Assembly: GCA_014297435.1 (NCBI GenBank)
Contig: JACOQA010000004.1
Span: 30,043-94,042 of the forward strand
DNA from: Candidatus Nanohaloarchaea archaeon
GTDB taxonomy: Archaea > Nanohalarchaeota > Nanosalinia > Nanosalinales > Nanosalinaceae
DNA length: 64,000 nt
Direction: 5' to 3'
A program made the position numbers and the translations under genes. Positions 17,934-28,052 of the stretch are shown in pieces (the stretch's first letter is position 1; every line of letters starts with the position of its first letter). The notes under the pieces were generated by a model, which saw only the letters and a list, made by a program, of their open reading frames with translations, searched no databases and had not been told where the DNA came from.

Positions 17934-20540
17934 ATGGTTGAAGGCGACTACAACGCAGGCGAAGTTGAAGAGAAATGGCAACAAAAATGGGAGGAAAACA
18001 AGGTCTACAGATATCAGGGAGGCAGAGACTCGGATAAGAAGGAAGTCTTCTCTATCGACACGCCGCCTCCGACAGTATCCGGAAACCTCCACTTTGGACA
18101 CGTCTATGGAAACACTTTAGCGGATTTCCAGGCACGTTTCCAGAGGATGAGAGGTAAAGAGGTTTACTTCCCTTTCGGTCACGACAACAACGGAATCGCC
18201 TCAGAAAGACTTACAGAAAGAGAACTAGGCATAAAACACCAAGACTTCGAGAGAAAAGAGTTCCAAGAAAAGGTTAGAGAGGTCTGTGAAAAGTATCAGA
18301 ACGAGTTCGAAGAAGGTATGCGTTCGTTCGGTTTCTCGATGGACTGGGACAACACATACACAACAATCGATCCAAAAGTCCAGAAGATCTCCCAGCTCTC
18401 CTTTATTGATCTATACGAAAAAGGTAGGGAGTACAGGAAGAAAGCACCAGCGATTTGGTGCCCTGAATGTGAGACAGCTATCAGCCAGGTCGAGACAGAA
18501 GACGATGAACAGCATTCCCATTTCAACGATATCGAGTTCCCCTTAGCTTCAGGAAACGGATCGGTTATGATCTCTACTACGAGACCTGAACTACTGCCAG
18601 CATGTGTCGCAATCTTCGTCCATCCGAATGATGAGTCAAACGACCATTTGGTTGGAGAGAAAGCTGAAGTCCCGCTGTTTGACAGAGAGGTCCCTATTAT
18701 AGAGGACGAAGGAGTTGATATGGAGACAGGTACAGGAGTTGTAATGTGCTGTACGTTCGGAGACCAGAATGACATCGAATGGTACCAAAAACACGACCTA
18801 GATCTCAAAGTTGCTATTGACGAGACAGGAACCATGACAGAACTCGCAGAGAAATACGAAGGAATGAGTACAGAAGAAGCCCGAGAAGAGATCATCGAAG
18901 ATCTAGAAGCGGAAGATTACCTGATGGATCAGAGAGATATAACCCATACTGTTCAGGTCCACGAGAGATGTGGCAGCAGTCTAGAGTTCATGGTCTCGGA
19001 GCAGTGGTACGTCAAACTGTTGGACAAGAAAGAGGAATACCTTGAAGCAGGTAAAGAGATGGATTGGAATCCGGAGAAGATGTTTACACGTTACAAGAAC
19101 TGGATCGAAGGACTCCAGTGGGACTGGTGCATCTCAAGACAGAGAGACTCAGGCATCCCATTCCCGGTCTGGTACTGCGAAGGGTGTGGCGAAGAGATTA
19201 TTGCCGACAAGTCCGACCTACCGGTCGATCCACTCAGTGATGAACCACCAGTTGCTAAATGCCCGGAATGTGACTCAACCGATTTTGAACCGGAGGACGA
19301 TGTCTTCGATACATGGGCAACAAGTTCGTTAACACCTATGATAAACGCAGACCTCCAGTACAATGAGGAAATCGATGAACTGGATATAAACAAGGAAGAG
19401 CTCTACCCTATGAACCTCCGTTATCAGGGACATGACATAATTTCGTTCTGGCTGTTCCACACAGTCATCAAATGCCTGGAGCATACCGGCGAGGTTCCAT
19501 TCGAGGAGGTTCAGATCAACGGCATGATCCTCGATGAGAACAGGCGTAAAATGTCAAAGTCGAAAGGAAACGTTACAACTCCTGAAGAGGTTACGGACGA
19601 GTTCTCTGTTGATGCAGCACGTTATTGGGGTGCAAACGCTTCGGTCGGTGACGATCTGGCGATGAAGACGGATGAGCTGAAATCCGGAGAGAAGTTGATG
19701 AGAAAGCTATGGAACGCATCTAAGCTTGTCGAGCAAATCGGGAACAAGAACATGCCGGACATCGAGGAAGAGGACTTGGACGAAGTTGACCGCTGGATTA
19801 TAGGTGAAGCGGACGCAGCAGTTGAAGAAGTTACCGAGAGAATGGAGAACTATGACTACTCGAAGGCACGAGACAGTTTAAGGGTTGCTTTCTGGCATAA
19901 ATTCTGCGACGACTACCTAGAGATCGCCAAGCAAAGGCTTGACGAGGAAACCGATCTTTCAACCGTTTACGCATTGAAGGTTGCTCACAAGAAGTTCCTT
20001 AAGATGTTCGCACCATTCATGCCTCACATCACCGAAGAGATCTGGAGAGATATGTACAGCGAGTCTTCGATTCACAGAAGCAAGTGGCCTGAACCAGAGC
20101 ACGTTGATGCAGAACTAGAGAAAGGTGAGAACGCGATGGAAGTTATTTCGGGTTTGAGAAAGTTCAAGACCCAGAACCAGATGTCGCCTACCGCCGAACT
20201 CGAAACAGTCAAGGTCTTCGGAGAGATAAGGGGCTTCACAGACGCTATCAAGGAAGTTATGCACGTGGAAAACCTTGAAATCCTGACCGAGGAACCAGAG
20301 ACAGAGAAACAGATCGTAGAGATCAAGCTTGACTATTCGAAGGCCGGACCTAAGTTCGGAGACGATATTGGCGAGATAGAAGCAGCATTAGAGGATAACG
20401 AATGGCATATCGATGCAGGAATGCTGGAGGCTGCGGACCACCACATCCCCGCAGAGATGTACGAAGTCCACGAACAAAGAGAGTTCAAGGGTGAAGGCGA
20501 GATGATCGAGACAGAGAACTCGGTCGTCATCGTCGAATAA
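17934..20540 (+). CDS. valS: Valyl-tRNA synthetase
   Basis: PPPTVSGNLHFGHV (HIGH region), KMSKSKGN, CP1 editing-domain-sized insertion, and about 870 aa as in archaeal ValRS. A GAGG motif lies 10 nt upstream of the ATG. Confidence 0.9.
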   Translation: MVEGDYNAGEVEEKWQQKWEENKVYRYQGGRDSDKKEVFSIDTPPPTVSGNLHFGHVYGNTLADFQARFQRMRGKEVYFPFGHDNNGIASERLTERELGIKHQDFERKEFQEKVREVCEKYQNEFEEGMRSFGFSMDWDNTYTTIDPKVQKISQLSFIDLYEKGREYRKKAPAIWCPECETAISQVETEDDEQHSHFNDIEFPLASGNGSVMISTTRPELLPACVAIFVHPNDESNDHLVGEKAEVPLFDREVPIIEDEGVDMETGTGVVMCCTFGDQNDIEWYQKHDLDLKVAIDETGTMTELAEKYEGMSTEEAREEIIEDLEAEDYLMDQRDITHTVQVHERCGSSLEFMVSEQWYVKLLDKKEEYLEAGKEMDWNPEKMFTRYKNWIEGLQWDWCISRQRDSGIPFPVWYCEGCGEEIIADKSDLPVDPLSDEPPVAKCPECDSTDFEPEDDVFDTWATSSLTPMINADLQYNEEIDELDINKEELYPMNLRYQGHDIISFWLFHTVIKCLEHTGEVPFEEVQINGMILDENRRKMSKSKGNVTTPEEVTDEFSVDAARYWGANASVGDDLAMKTDELKSGEKLMRKLWNASKLVEQIGNKNMPDIEEEDLDEVDRWIIGEADAAVEEVTERMENYDYSKARDSLRVAFWHKFCDDYLEIAKQRLDEETDLSTVYALKVAHKKFLKMFAPFMPHITEEIWRDMYSESSIHRSKWPEPEHVDAELEKGENAMEVISGLRKFKTQNQMSPTAELETVKVFGEIRGFTDAIKEVMHVENLEILTEEPETEKQIVEIKLDYSKAGPKFGDDIGEIEAALEDNEWHIDAGMLEAADHHIPAEMYEVHEQREFKGEGEMIETENSVVIVE

Positions 20541-20571
20541 ACTCTTTCCTCTTCTATTTTAGAACAACCGG

Positions 20572-20578
20572 TTAAAAC
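20572..20578 (+). promoter_or_regulatory. TATA-like box TTAAAAC, 28 nt before the ATG at 20600
   Basis: The motif and spacing recur at other genes in this window. Confidence 0.4.
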
Positions 20579-20599
20579 TTCCCTTCCCAATTTTCTTTC

Positions 20600-21373
20600 A
20601 TGACATCTGAAAATGGGATGCGTGTAGGGCTTTCACTAGGTCCAGAAGGAGATCTTGTCGAAAATATTGAACTAGCAGAGGACATGGACTTTATCGAGTT
20701 TGGACTAGGTGAAGGAGAACGACTTCAGGAAGATATTGACGCTGAAGAAGTCAACGAGAAACTAGAAGAATTAGATCTTGACTTGGTTGTCCACCTTCCT
20801 TTCCGACAGGTTCTTGCGACAGCGGTACCAGAACTAAACGAATCGATACTTGAGTATCATGACAGACTTCTCGAGTTCTCAACTCAGATGGGTGCAGAGA
20901 AAGCAGTTGTCCACGTAGATACGAGAGGGAAACACGAGGAGATTGAAGAAGAACTGATCCTTGAACAGATAGAGAAACTTGACGAACTTGGAAAGGAGCA
21001 CGGAATTGAGATAGTTTTCGAGAACCTGGGTCACTGGAGAGGTATAGAACTTGAAGAGCTTGGAACTATGCTGGAAGAGCTTGAAGTCTCTATGTGTTTT
21101 GACACAGGTCACGCCTTTTCAGAGGTCGGACAGGAAGAAACAGAAGAATTCTTGGAAGAATATTCTCACCTGATTTCGCACATTCACTTTACCGATACAC
21201 GCGAGGGCAGGGACATGCACCTACCTATCGGATCTTCAGAAGTAGGCTTCGAGGGCATGATGGAAAAATTCGAGGATTTCGATGGAACAGCCTGTATGGA
21301 GATCTTTACAGATGATCCAGACTACATCCAGCTATCAAAGTGGAAGGTGAAGGATCTGTTCGAAGAAGGTTAA
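20600..21373 (+). CDS. Xylose isomerase-like TIM-barrel protein (sugar phosphate isomerase/epimerase or AP endonuclease 2 family)
   Basis: Ordered motifs VVHLPF, VVHVDT, IVFENLG, MCFDTGHA and HIHFTDT. Confidence 0.7.
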   Translation: MTSENGMRVGLSLGPEGDLVENIELAEDMDFIEFGLGEGERLQEDIDAEEVNEKLEELDLDLVVHLPFRQVLATAVPELNESILEYHDRLLEFSTQMGAEKAVVHVDTRGKHEEIEEELILEQIEKLDELGKEHGIEIVFENLGHWRGIELEELGTMLEELEVSMCFDTGHAFSEVGQEETEEFLEEYSHLISHIHFTDTREGRDMHLPIGSSEVGFEGMMEKFEDFDGTACMEIFTDDPDYIQLSKWKVKDLFEEG

Positions 21374-21376
21374 AAG
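21370..21376 (+). promoter_or_regulatory. TATA-like box TTAAAAG, 29 nt before the aRF1 ATG
   Basis: It overlaps the stop codon of the upstream gene. The spacing implies a leaderless mRNA. Confidence 0.4.
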
Positions 21377-21398
21377 AGTTCTAGTACAACTTTTTCGC

Positions 21399-22649
21399 AT
21401 GACCGACCCAAATCAGAACGACGAGGACGTAGGAATGAACAAATACCAGTTGAAGAAACTGGTTAACAAGCTTGACGATATAAGAGGTAGAAATACCGAG
21501 CTTGTTTCTCTATACATACCGGCAGGTTATGACATGTCCAAGATTTCTGAGTTCATTACCTCAGAACAGTCTGAGGCCGAGAATATCAAGTCTAAACATA
21601 CTAGAACTAATGTCCAAGATGCGCTGGGCAAGATAGGAAGAAAGGTTCAGGAAGAACATACTACACCTGAAAACGGTGTTGCTTTCTTTGCTGGAAACGT
21701 TTCGGATACACAGGGAAGACCTGAAATTAATATATGGGAGGTAGTTCCCCCACAGCCTATCGAGTCCCGACACTATCGATGTGACAAAGAGTTTGTTCTT
21801 GAACCTCTAAAGCAGATGATCGTAGACGATTCAGTCTACGGACTTATCGTATGTGACAAGAACGAGGCTGCAATAGGATATCTTCAAGGTAATTCGATCA
21901 AGACAGCGTACACGCTTGATTCTGAAGTTCCTGGCAAAACACGTGCCGGAGGACAGTCAGCACAGAGATTCGCACGATTAAGAAAAGAGATGCTTAAATC
22001 TTTCTTAGGCGAGATCGCGGACAAATCACAGACTGCTTTCCTCGATAAAGCCAGAGAAGACAAACTTCTCGGCATAATCGTTGGAGGACCCGGATTCGTG
22101 AAAGATAAACTTCTAGATGATGACTACCTTCACCAAGAACTACAGGAAAAAGTTATTACAAGAGAGAGTCTTGGACACTCCGGCGAGGGCGCCCTGAAAG
22201 AACTAGTTAACAGGGCTGAAGAATCTATTGAAGATTCACAAGCCGTTCTGGAGAAGCAGGAAGTTCAGCGATTTTTCAAGAACCTGAAAGAGGAGAACGG
22301 AAAAAGCGAGTACGGTCTTGAGCCAGTTATGAAGGCTTTGAAGATGGGTGCTGTTGATACCGTTTTGATCTCGGAAGACTACGATATGTTTGAAGCTAAG
22401 TACGAATGTGATAACGACCATGAGAAGACTGTTTTCGAGAAGGAAGCCGAGATAGATGATTCAGTCGAATGCAGCGAATGCGGTGAAGAAATGGTTTTAG
22501 AGGAGATTTCTGATATAATTGATGTTGTTGCAGAGAAAGCAGAGGAAATGGGTTCAGAGCTTGAGATCATTTCCACCGATCACGAGGAAGGACAGCGATT
22601 AATGAATATGGGCGGAATCGCGGCAGTTCTAAGGTATAGAATCAGGTAA
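21399..22649 (+). CDS. prf1: Peptide chain release factor aRF1
   Basis: NIKS motif (AENIKSKH), GGQ motif (AGGQSAQRFARLR), and a zinc-ribbon-like insertion with CDNDH...CSECGEE. Confidence 0.92.
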   Translation: MTDPNQNDEDVGMNKYQLKKLVNKLDDIRGRNTELVSLYIPAGYDMSKISEFITSEQSEAENIKSKHTRTNVQDALGKIGRKVQEEHTTPENGVAFFAGNVSDTQGRPEINIWEVVPPQPIESRHYRCDKEFVLEPLKQMIVDDSVYGLIVCDKNEAAIGYLQGNSIKTAYTLDSEVPGKTRAGGQSAQRFARLRKEMLKSFLGEIADKSQTAFLDKAREDKLLGIIVGGPGFVKDKLLDDDYLHQELQEKVITRESLGHSGEGALKELVNRAEESIEDSQAVLEKQEVQRFFKNLKEENGKSEYGLEPVMKALKMGAVDTVLISEDYDMFEAKYECDNDHEKTVFEKEAEIDDSVECSECGEEMVLEEISDIIDVVAEKAEEMGSELEIISTDHEEGQRLMNMGGIAAVLRYRIR

Positions 22650-22662
22650 AAAATCCTTAAAG

Positions 22663-23238
22663 ATGGAAATTCTGTTTCTGTATATGAACTTTGATATTAA
22701 GGGAGTTGAACTTGATGACAACCATTACGTCATCAAACAGGCACTATACAGGAATAAATACAGGGTCGAGGATTCTTCGGGTAAAACAGTTCTGAAAACC
22801 AAGCAGAAGCTGTTAAAGATGAAAGAGGAATTTCCTTTCACTAATTCGGATGAAGATACCGTTTTCAGTATCAAAGCCAAGAACCTGATGGATATAGCAG
22901 GCGACTATGCCCTGATAGATGAGGAAACCGGAGAAACGTTCGCAACGCTCGAAAAGAAATTCACGTTCTTCAAGCACGACTGGAAGGTCAAGAATTCAGA
23001 AGGTCAGGAGATAGCAAGGATTGAAAGTGCGAGCTTCGGACTTGAAGTGATGCGTTCTTTGGTTGGATTCTTGAACCTGATACCTCAGAAATATGATATC
23101 TCAAGAGGTGAGGATAAGATAGGAAGCCTAAACGGAAGATTTAAGCTGAGAGATGTCTACGATCTGAAGTTCGATGAGAAAGTGTCTGAGCCGTTGATAG
23201 CTGCGGCAGTTGCCGTCGATGCACTGGAGCACAACTAG
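22663..23238 (+). CDS. LURP-one-related / tubby C-terminal-like (DUF567) protein
   Basis: The repetitive beta-strand pattern HYVIKQALYRNKYRVEDSSGKTVLKTKQKLLKMKEEF...WKVKNSEGQEIARIE resembles the DUF567 family. An alternative start is MNFDIKG at 22681. Confidence 0.4.
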   Translation: MEILFLYMNFDIKGVELDDNHYVIKQALYRNKYRVEDSSGKTVLKTKQKLLKMKEEFPFTNSDEDTVFSIKAKNLMDIAGDYALIDEETGETFATLEKKFTFFKHDWKVKNSEGQEIARIESASFGLEVMRSLVGFLNLIPQKYDISRGEDKIGSLNGRFKLRDVYDLKFDEKVSEPLIAAAVAVDALEHN

Positions 23239-26200
23239 AGCTCTGACTCCAGATCCTCCAGTATTTTTTCCGTCTTCGTATACCTCCCAAGCTCCATAGC
23301 TTTCTGTGCGTGCTCGACCTTCATTATAGAGTCCTTTGGAAGCTCTCCACCTTCCTGGAGATCATTCTTTATCTCTTTTGAGATCTGTTCAAGCTTCAAC
23401 TTGAGCATCTTTCTTCGATGCATCCTGAAACCCAAGTATCCTGCGCATGCGAATAAAACAAGCAAAAGGGACGCCACCACCGGTAGAACTAGTTCTCTAG
23501 GTTGTTGTTCTGGTTCTGAGATTTCTTCCTCGGTATTGTTAAGCGTTGAATCGTCTTCAGCCGGAGTGCTTTCTATCTCTTTAACTCCTATAGCGAATTC
23601 AGTTGGTGCAGACATTACTGCACTGAAGTGCGTCTTGCCTGACCTTTCCGCCATTTTATTTGAACCTATGCTCTGCCAAGGGTCTCTCCGGACGTAAACA
23701 TCGATTTTAGAACCGTTCAGGAGTTCGTTACTGACCGAGAAATTAATAATAAAACGGCTGTTCTGAAGACTAGAGTCAAGACTGTAGCTGTTAAGAATAT
23801 TGAACTCCTCTGCTTCGAACATCTGTCTTGTGATAGTCAAGTTTATCCTTTCCTCTCCCGTCCTATCTACCACCAATGAGTTTATTCCCTCCAAGCCTTC
23901 TAGATCCAATTTCTTGTCTCGTGATATGTTGATGTTCCTGAAAACTGCTTGGTCATTTTCAACCGTTCTCTCTTCCTGGATCTGATTTTCGTCTTCTTGC
24001 TGGAAAGCTGTTAGGCTTCCTGAACCACCTCCAGACGATCCCCCTCCTGAACCACCGGAGTCATCGGAAGAGTCTGTAGAGCTTTCCGTCTCTTCAGCGA
24101 CCGCGTAGGCGGAGAAGCTGGAAACGTTGGTTTTTGCGACTGTTGAGTTCACTTCGCCCGAATCAATCTCTCTCCAGTCACTATCGCATTCATCCCTTTC
24201 AAAAGACCACTCGTCGCATTTCAGGAGTTTAGGAGAGTCGGTCTCAGCGTACTTGATGGTTAGTCCTGCCTCGGAGAAGTTTAGGTCGGTGTCGGCAGCA
24301 ATTACCTCCTTGAACTCAGTGTTTTTCCTCTCTAGATTGTCTGTTGAGACGTCCTCGGACCAGTTAACTGTAGTATTAGTATCTTTAGATATTTTGACTT
24401 CTCTGAGCTCTACATTCGAGTTATTGCCTACTTCTAGATCCCATACTCCCTCAGGGATCGATTCATTAAAGGCGGAGGTATTGGAGCTTTTCAGGGTGAA
24501 GTTCCTGCCCCGGATGCTATGTTGAACCGAGTTCTTTTTCTTCCCGTTCTTGAACCTTAAAGTGAGATTAACGGGTTTTCTTACTTCGAAAGTCTCATTC
24601 AGGGTGTTCCGCTTTGAATAAGTATCGTTGACTATAACTTTAGCCGTATAGTTTCCTCTCTGTGCTGTCTTGTTGAAAAGCTCTGTTTTTCTGAAACCGG
24701 AAGGATAAGGGTTTTCACCAGGAAAACCTAGTTTCCTTGTTTCTGTGGTTGAGTTCGGATACGTGATTTTGAGCTTTACCGTGTCTGGTGTCTCCTCTTT
24801 CATCTTGTAACTAAGATTAACTGTATCATTTATCTTGTAGACATCCCTTTTGTCCAAATTGGTTATTTTAGGGGCTAAGTTCTCGATCGTAAAGAATTCT
24901 GACTTGAAACGTGTGTTGTTAAATTTGTCCGTCCCGTTAACAGTTATGTTGGTTTTCCCGGGTTTTAGATCAAGCCTCGAGTAGTAGAAGCTCGAATTTT
25001 TCGATTTTAACCCTTTGGAAGTCCCGTTTATGTATAGATCTGCCGATTTAAGATCTTCATTTGAGCTGATGTTCGCCCAGATCTTCTCTGTCGTGTACGT
25101 AGTGTTTTCGATCGTTGAAAACTTCAGGGTTGGAGCTATGCTGTCTATCTCCAGGGAGCTGTTTGAAACCGCCAGGTTACCTACATCATCCTCAACAAAG
25201 TAGGTCAGATTGTAACTTGTCTCTTTGAATTTTACGGTGTTATTGAAGTGATAAGTGTTGTTTAATGCTAGTGTGTAGTTCTTCTTACCGTCTTCCTCGG
25301 ACCGTACCTCCGCTACCGCTTCTACATGTGTGCTGTCGTTGACCGAGATGTTTATTGTACCAAACGGTTCCCTGTACTTGCCTGCCGGCTCATTCACAGT
25401 TATGTTGGGCTTTGATGTGTCGACCGTCAGTCCAACAGATTCCTTCGCTGTGTTGCCGTTAGGGTCTGTGGCGTAAACCACAAGGTTGTACCTCCCGTCC
25501 TCAAGGTCCAGTGAGGTGTTTCCGGTAATCGTCTTGTTATCTGAACCATTGTTGTACTCTACTGTTGTTTCTTGATCTACACTATATCTAAGATCGAAGC
25601 TACCTGGATAGGAACGGTTTTGAGGACTGTACAAACTAAGCTTGGGAACTGTATCGACCCTGAAGCTTCGGTTCGTCGAATTTACGTTTCCATGTTCGTC
25701 TTCAACATATAGAATTATGTCGTGGTAGCCTTCCTCGAATTCAAACGTTTTGTTCCCTGAAAGGGTTTTGTTCTCGGATCCGTTGCTGTACAGAACCTGA
25801 TTAGCATCTTTCGAGGTGTAGTTGATGGATAATTCGTCTTTCGAGTACGTACGGTCTTTAGGTTGGTGTATACGAATATCTGGCGGAACGGTATCGACAG
25901 TAAAGTTTATAGAAGACGAGTTCCAGCCTCCTGAACTGTGCTTGGCGTAGAAAGTCGCGTTATGGAACCCCTCGCTTAAGCCATCTCTTTTATCGTAAAA
26001 GTGAGTCTCTGTATCATTCTGCATGGAGATATTTGAACCATAATCAACTGCGTAGAGAGTCTTCTCGATCTTCATATCGGTCGAAATGTTGAAGTAAGCT
26101 GAATTGTCCGTATAAGTTGTGTTGTTCGGAGATTCTATCGTTATATTCGGATATCTGAGCCTCTCTTTTTCGAGTAGCAACGTGTAGTCCTGCTGCCCTA

Positions 26201-28013
26201 TCTCCGGCACACTTGACCCCTTTACTTCTACGGTCAAATCTCCGCTTTCAGGTATATAGACCTTTTCCACGTTGTTCAGATCGTCTGACTTGTTTCTCCA
26301 AGGCTCCTTTGTAGCACGTGAAGAGTTGAGTGTCCAAGGATAGAACCTCTGACCCATCGAGTTCTTTACAATGAGATCAAGATTGTTCACTAAATTAAAA
26401 CCTGAGGAGGATTCGGCTGCGGGGTCGGACCACACAAGTGTTAAGTTAGCCGAGCCCTCTACGTCAAGGCTGTAACTATCTTTTTCGCCTGTTAAGACCG
26501 ATCCCCTCTTTATCAGGTCTCCTTTGTCTGCACGAAGGTAATCTATAGATCTTGAGACATTCAGTAATCCCCAGCCAGTTTTGTAGCTGGGTCCAGCCGA
26601 GTTGAGATCAGTTGCTGTATGTATCATCAATCCTTTTAGCTCCGAAGGTGTAGCGTTCCTGCCTTTCAACTCTCTGAACTCCTGCTGTAGAAGTAGTATA
26701 GCTCCTGATACAGCGGGTGATGACATCGAAGTTCCTTGTTTAGCGGCGTATGAGTTGCCAGGAACAGTGGAAGTAACAACCTCTCCTTTTGCCATGAGAT
26801 CGGGTTTTATCCTTCCGTCATCCGTAGGACCGTAAGATGAAAAGCTTGATCTCTTGCCTGAACCATCAAGCGAACCTACTACGATAGTGTTTTTTGCCGT
26901 AGCTCCAGGTCCCGTCAGTGTACTGCCATCGCCACTACATTCACCTAGATTTCCGGCTGAGAAGACCACTGGTATACGCTCCACGCTTGTTTCTCCGGCA
27001 ACTACATCATCATAACCAGCACTTCTTTGGGTATAAGCTCCAAGGATATCTTTTTCATCTGAACAACCTATATCGAATCCCCATGAGTTTTGTGATACTT
27101 CCGCATCGTAATTACTAACTGCATCCTTGTGCTCATTAACTAGTTCAGAGTAGTCAGCAGGCCATTCATAACTAGCAAGTGTTGCATTAGGCGCGATACC
27201 ACGATAAAGAGGATTCTTTTTTCCTGCGCCAAGCACGGTTCCGGCAACATGCGTGGCGTGATCACTAACCGAACAAGCAGACTCTGTGCAGCCTGAGTCC
27301 CCTCTAACAGTTTTTCCGGAGTAGTTTAGGTCAACGTGTTGTGCTGCCCAGCCACCATCCCATACTGCACCCCTTACACCTGATCCGTTGAGTTCAGTAT
27401 CCCAGCTTTTCAGCCTGTCTACCTCGATCATGTCCCGGGAACCATCATTCATAACTTTAAGAGGTGGTGGAGGCGGGCTTATCCACTTTACTGGTCCCTT
27501 AGCGAATTCTGACGGTTCTTTTTCTGTCCTAACCTTCCAGCTCTTTTTTCCTCTTGAAACAAGTTCGCCGGTTCTTTCAACAAATTCCTCTTTCTCTTCC
27601 TGACCTGTATTGTTGAAGAACTCAATTAGGAAAGTATTTTTCTCAGTATTAGAGCTCAAGTTTCTGTCTTTAATACTGGGAGAAATCCTGTCCTCTGGAT
27701 TAATATCCAGCACATTAACCTTTGGATTGGTCTCAAGCCTTTCCACAGCGGAGGACGTAAGATCAGCGTAGTAAGCGTTTTTTGGTATGTACCCCATCAG
27801 CTCAACGCCTTTAATTTTACCGTTTGAACGATTAGGAATATCATCGAACTCTAGGATGTGATATCCGGGTTCAGTTTGGGTTCCAAAAGCACTGATCGAA
27901 GGTTTTTCAGGTTCAACAGCACCTGATTTCAGGTTTACCTTTCCGGCTGAAGTCGACACCAGCAATAATATCAGAAGTATAAGTCCTAGAAGCCTCCATG
28001 AACCATCAGCCAT
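23235..28013 (-). CDS. Giant membrane-anchored subtilisin-like (S8) serine protease with tandem Ig-like domains
   Basis: Signal peptide. Catalytic triad motifs VWDGGW (Asp), DHATHVAGT (His) and GTSMSSPAVSGA (Ser). About five ~80-aa repeats (VDTVPP.../VDTVPK.../VDTSKP.../IDSIAP...). Ser/Gly linker SSDDSGGSGGGSSGGGSGS. TM segment LVLPVVASLLLVLFACAGYLGF followed by a ~65-aa tail. Confidence 0.85.
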   Translation of the reverse strand: MADGSWRLLGLILLILLLVSTSAGKVNLKSGAVEPEKPSISAFGTQTEPGYHILEFDDIPNRSNGKIKGVELMGYIPKNAYYADLTSSAVERLETNPKVNVLDINPEDRISPSIKDRNLSSNTEKNTFLIEFFNNTGQEEKEEFVERTGELVSRGKKSWKVRTEKEPSEFAKGPVKWISPPPPPLKVMNDGSRDMIEVDRLKSWDTELNGSGVRGAVWDGGWAAQHVDLNYSGKTVRGDSGCTESACSVSDHATHVAGTVLGAGKKNPLYRGIAPNATLASYEWPADYSELVNEHKDAVSNYDAEVSQNSWGFDIGCSDEKDILGAYTQRSAGYDDVVAGETSVERIPVVFSAGNLGECSGDGSTLTGPGATAKNTIVVGSLDGSGKRSSFSSYGPTDDGRIKPDLMAKGEVVTSTVPGNSYAAKQGTSMSSPAVSGAILLLQQEFRELKGRNATPSELKGLMIHTATDLNSAGPSYKTGWGLLNVSRSIDYLRADKGDLIKRGSVLTGEKDSYSLDVEGSANLTLVWSDPAAESSSGFNLVNNLDLIVKNSMGQRFYPWTLNSSRATKEPWRNKSDDLNNVEKVYIPESGDLTVEVKGSSVPEIGQQDYTLLLEKERLRYPNITIESPNNTTYTDNSAYFNISTDMKIEKTLYAVDYGSNISMQNDTETHFYDKRDGLSEGFHNATFYAKHSSGGWNSSSINFTVDTVPPDIRIHQPKDRTYSKDELSINYTSKDANQVLYSNGSENKTLSGNKTFEFEEGYHDIILYVEDEHGNVNSTNRSFRVDTVPKLSLYSPQNRSYPGSFDLRYSVDQETTVEYNNGSDNKTITGNTSLDLEDGRYNLVVYATDPNGNTAKESVGLTVDTSKPNITVNEPAGKYREPFGTINISVNDSTHVEAVAEVRSEEDGKKNYTLALNNTYHFNNTVKFKETSYNLTYFVEDDVGNLAVSNSSLEIDSIAPTLKFSTIENTTYTTEKIWANISSNEDLKSADLYINGTSKGLKSKNSSFYYSRLDLKPGKTNITVNGTDKFNNTRFKSEFFTIENLAPKITNLDKRDVYKINDTVNLSYKMKEETPDTVKLKITYPNSTTETRKLGFPGENPYPSGFRKTELFNKTAQRGNYTAKVIVNDTYSKRNTLNETFEVRKPVNLTLRFKNGKKKNSVQHSIRGRNFTLKSSNTSAFNESIPEGVWDLEVGNNSNVELREVKISKDTNTTVNWSEDVSTDNLERKNTEFKEVIAADTDLNFSEAGLTIKYAETDSPKLLKCDEWSFERDECDSDWREIDSGEVNSTVAKTNVSSFSAYAVAEETESSTDSSDDSGGSGGGSSGGGSGSLTAFQQEDENQIQEERTVENDQAVFRNINISRDKKLDLEGLEGINSLVVDRTGEERINLTITRQMFEAEEFNILNSYSLDSSLQNSRFIINFSVSNELLNGSKIDVYVRRDPWQSIGSNKMAERSGKTHFSAVMSAPTEFAIGVKEIESTPAEDDSTLNNTEEEISEPEQQPRELVLPVVASLLLVLFACAGYLGFRMHRRKMLKLKLEQISKEIKNDLQEGGELPKDSIMKVEHAQKAMELGRYTKTEKILEDLESEL

Positions 28014-28052
28014 AACACATATCTAGAAAAAGCTGTTTTTTATCATATAGGA

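Noticed and set aside
18296-18895. 199-aa minus-strand ORF, together with other antisense ORFs inside valS (18286..18546, 19042..19393, 20072..20590)
   Set aside because: They lie entirely within the confidently identified ValRS gene. Their S-rich, low-complexity translation is typical of the antisense frames of acidic genes.
23235-23238. Convergent genes sharing the palindrome CTAG as stop codons on both strands; there is also a 41-nt convergent overlap of rps17e and the vWA gene at 4585..4625
   Set aside because: These are real but trivial consequences of genome compaction, with no functional implication that I can support.
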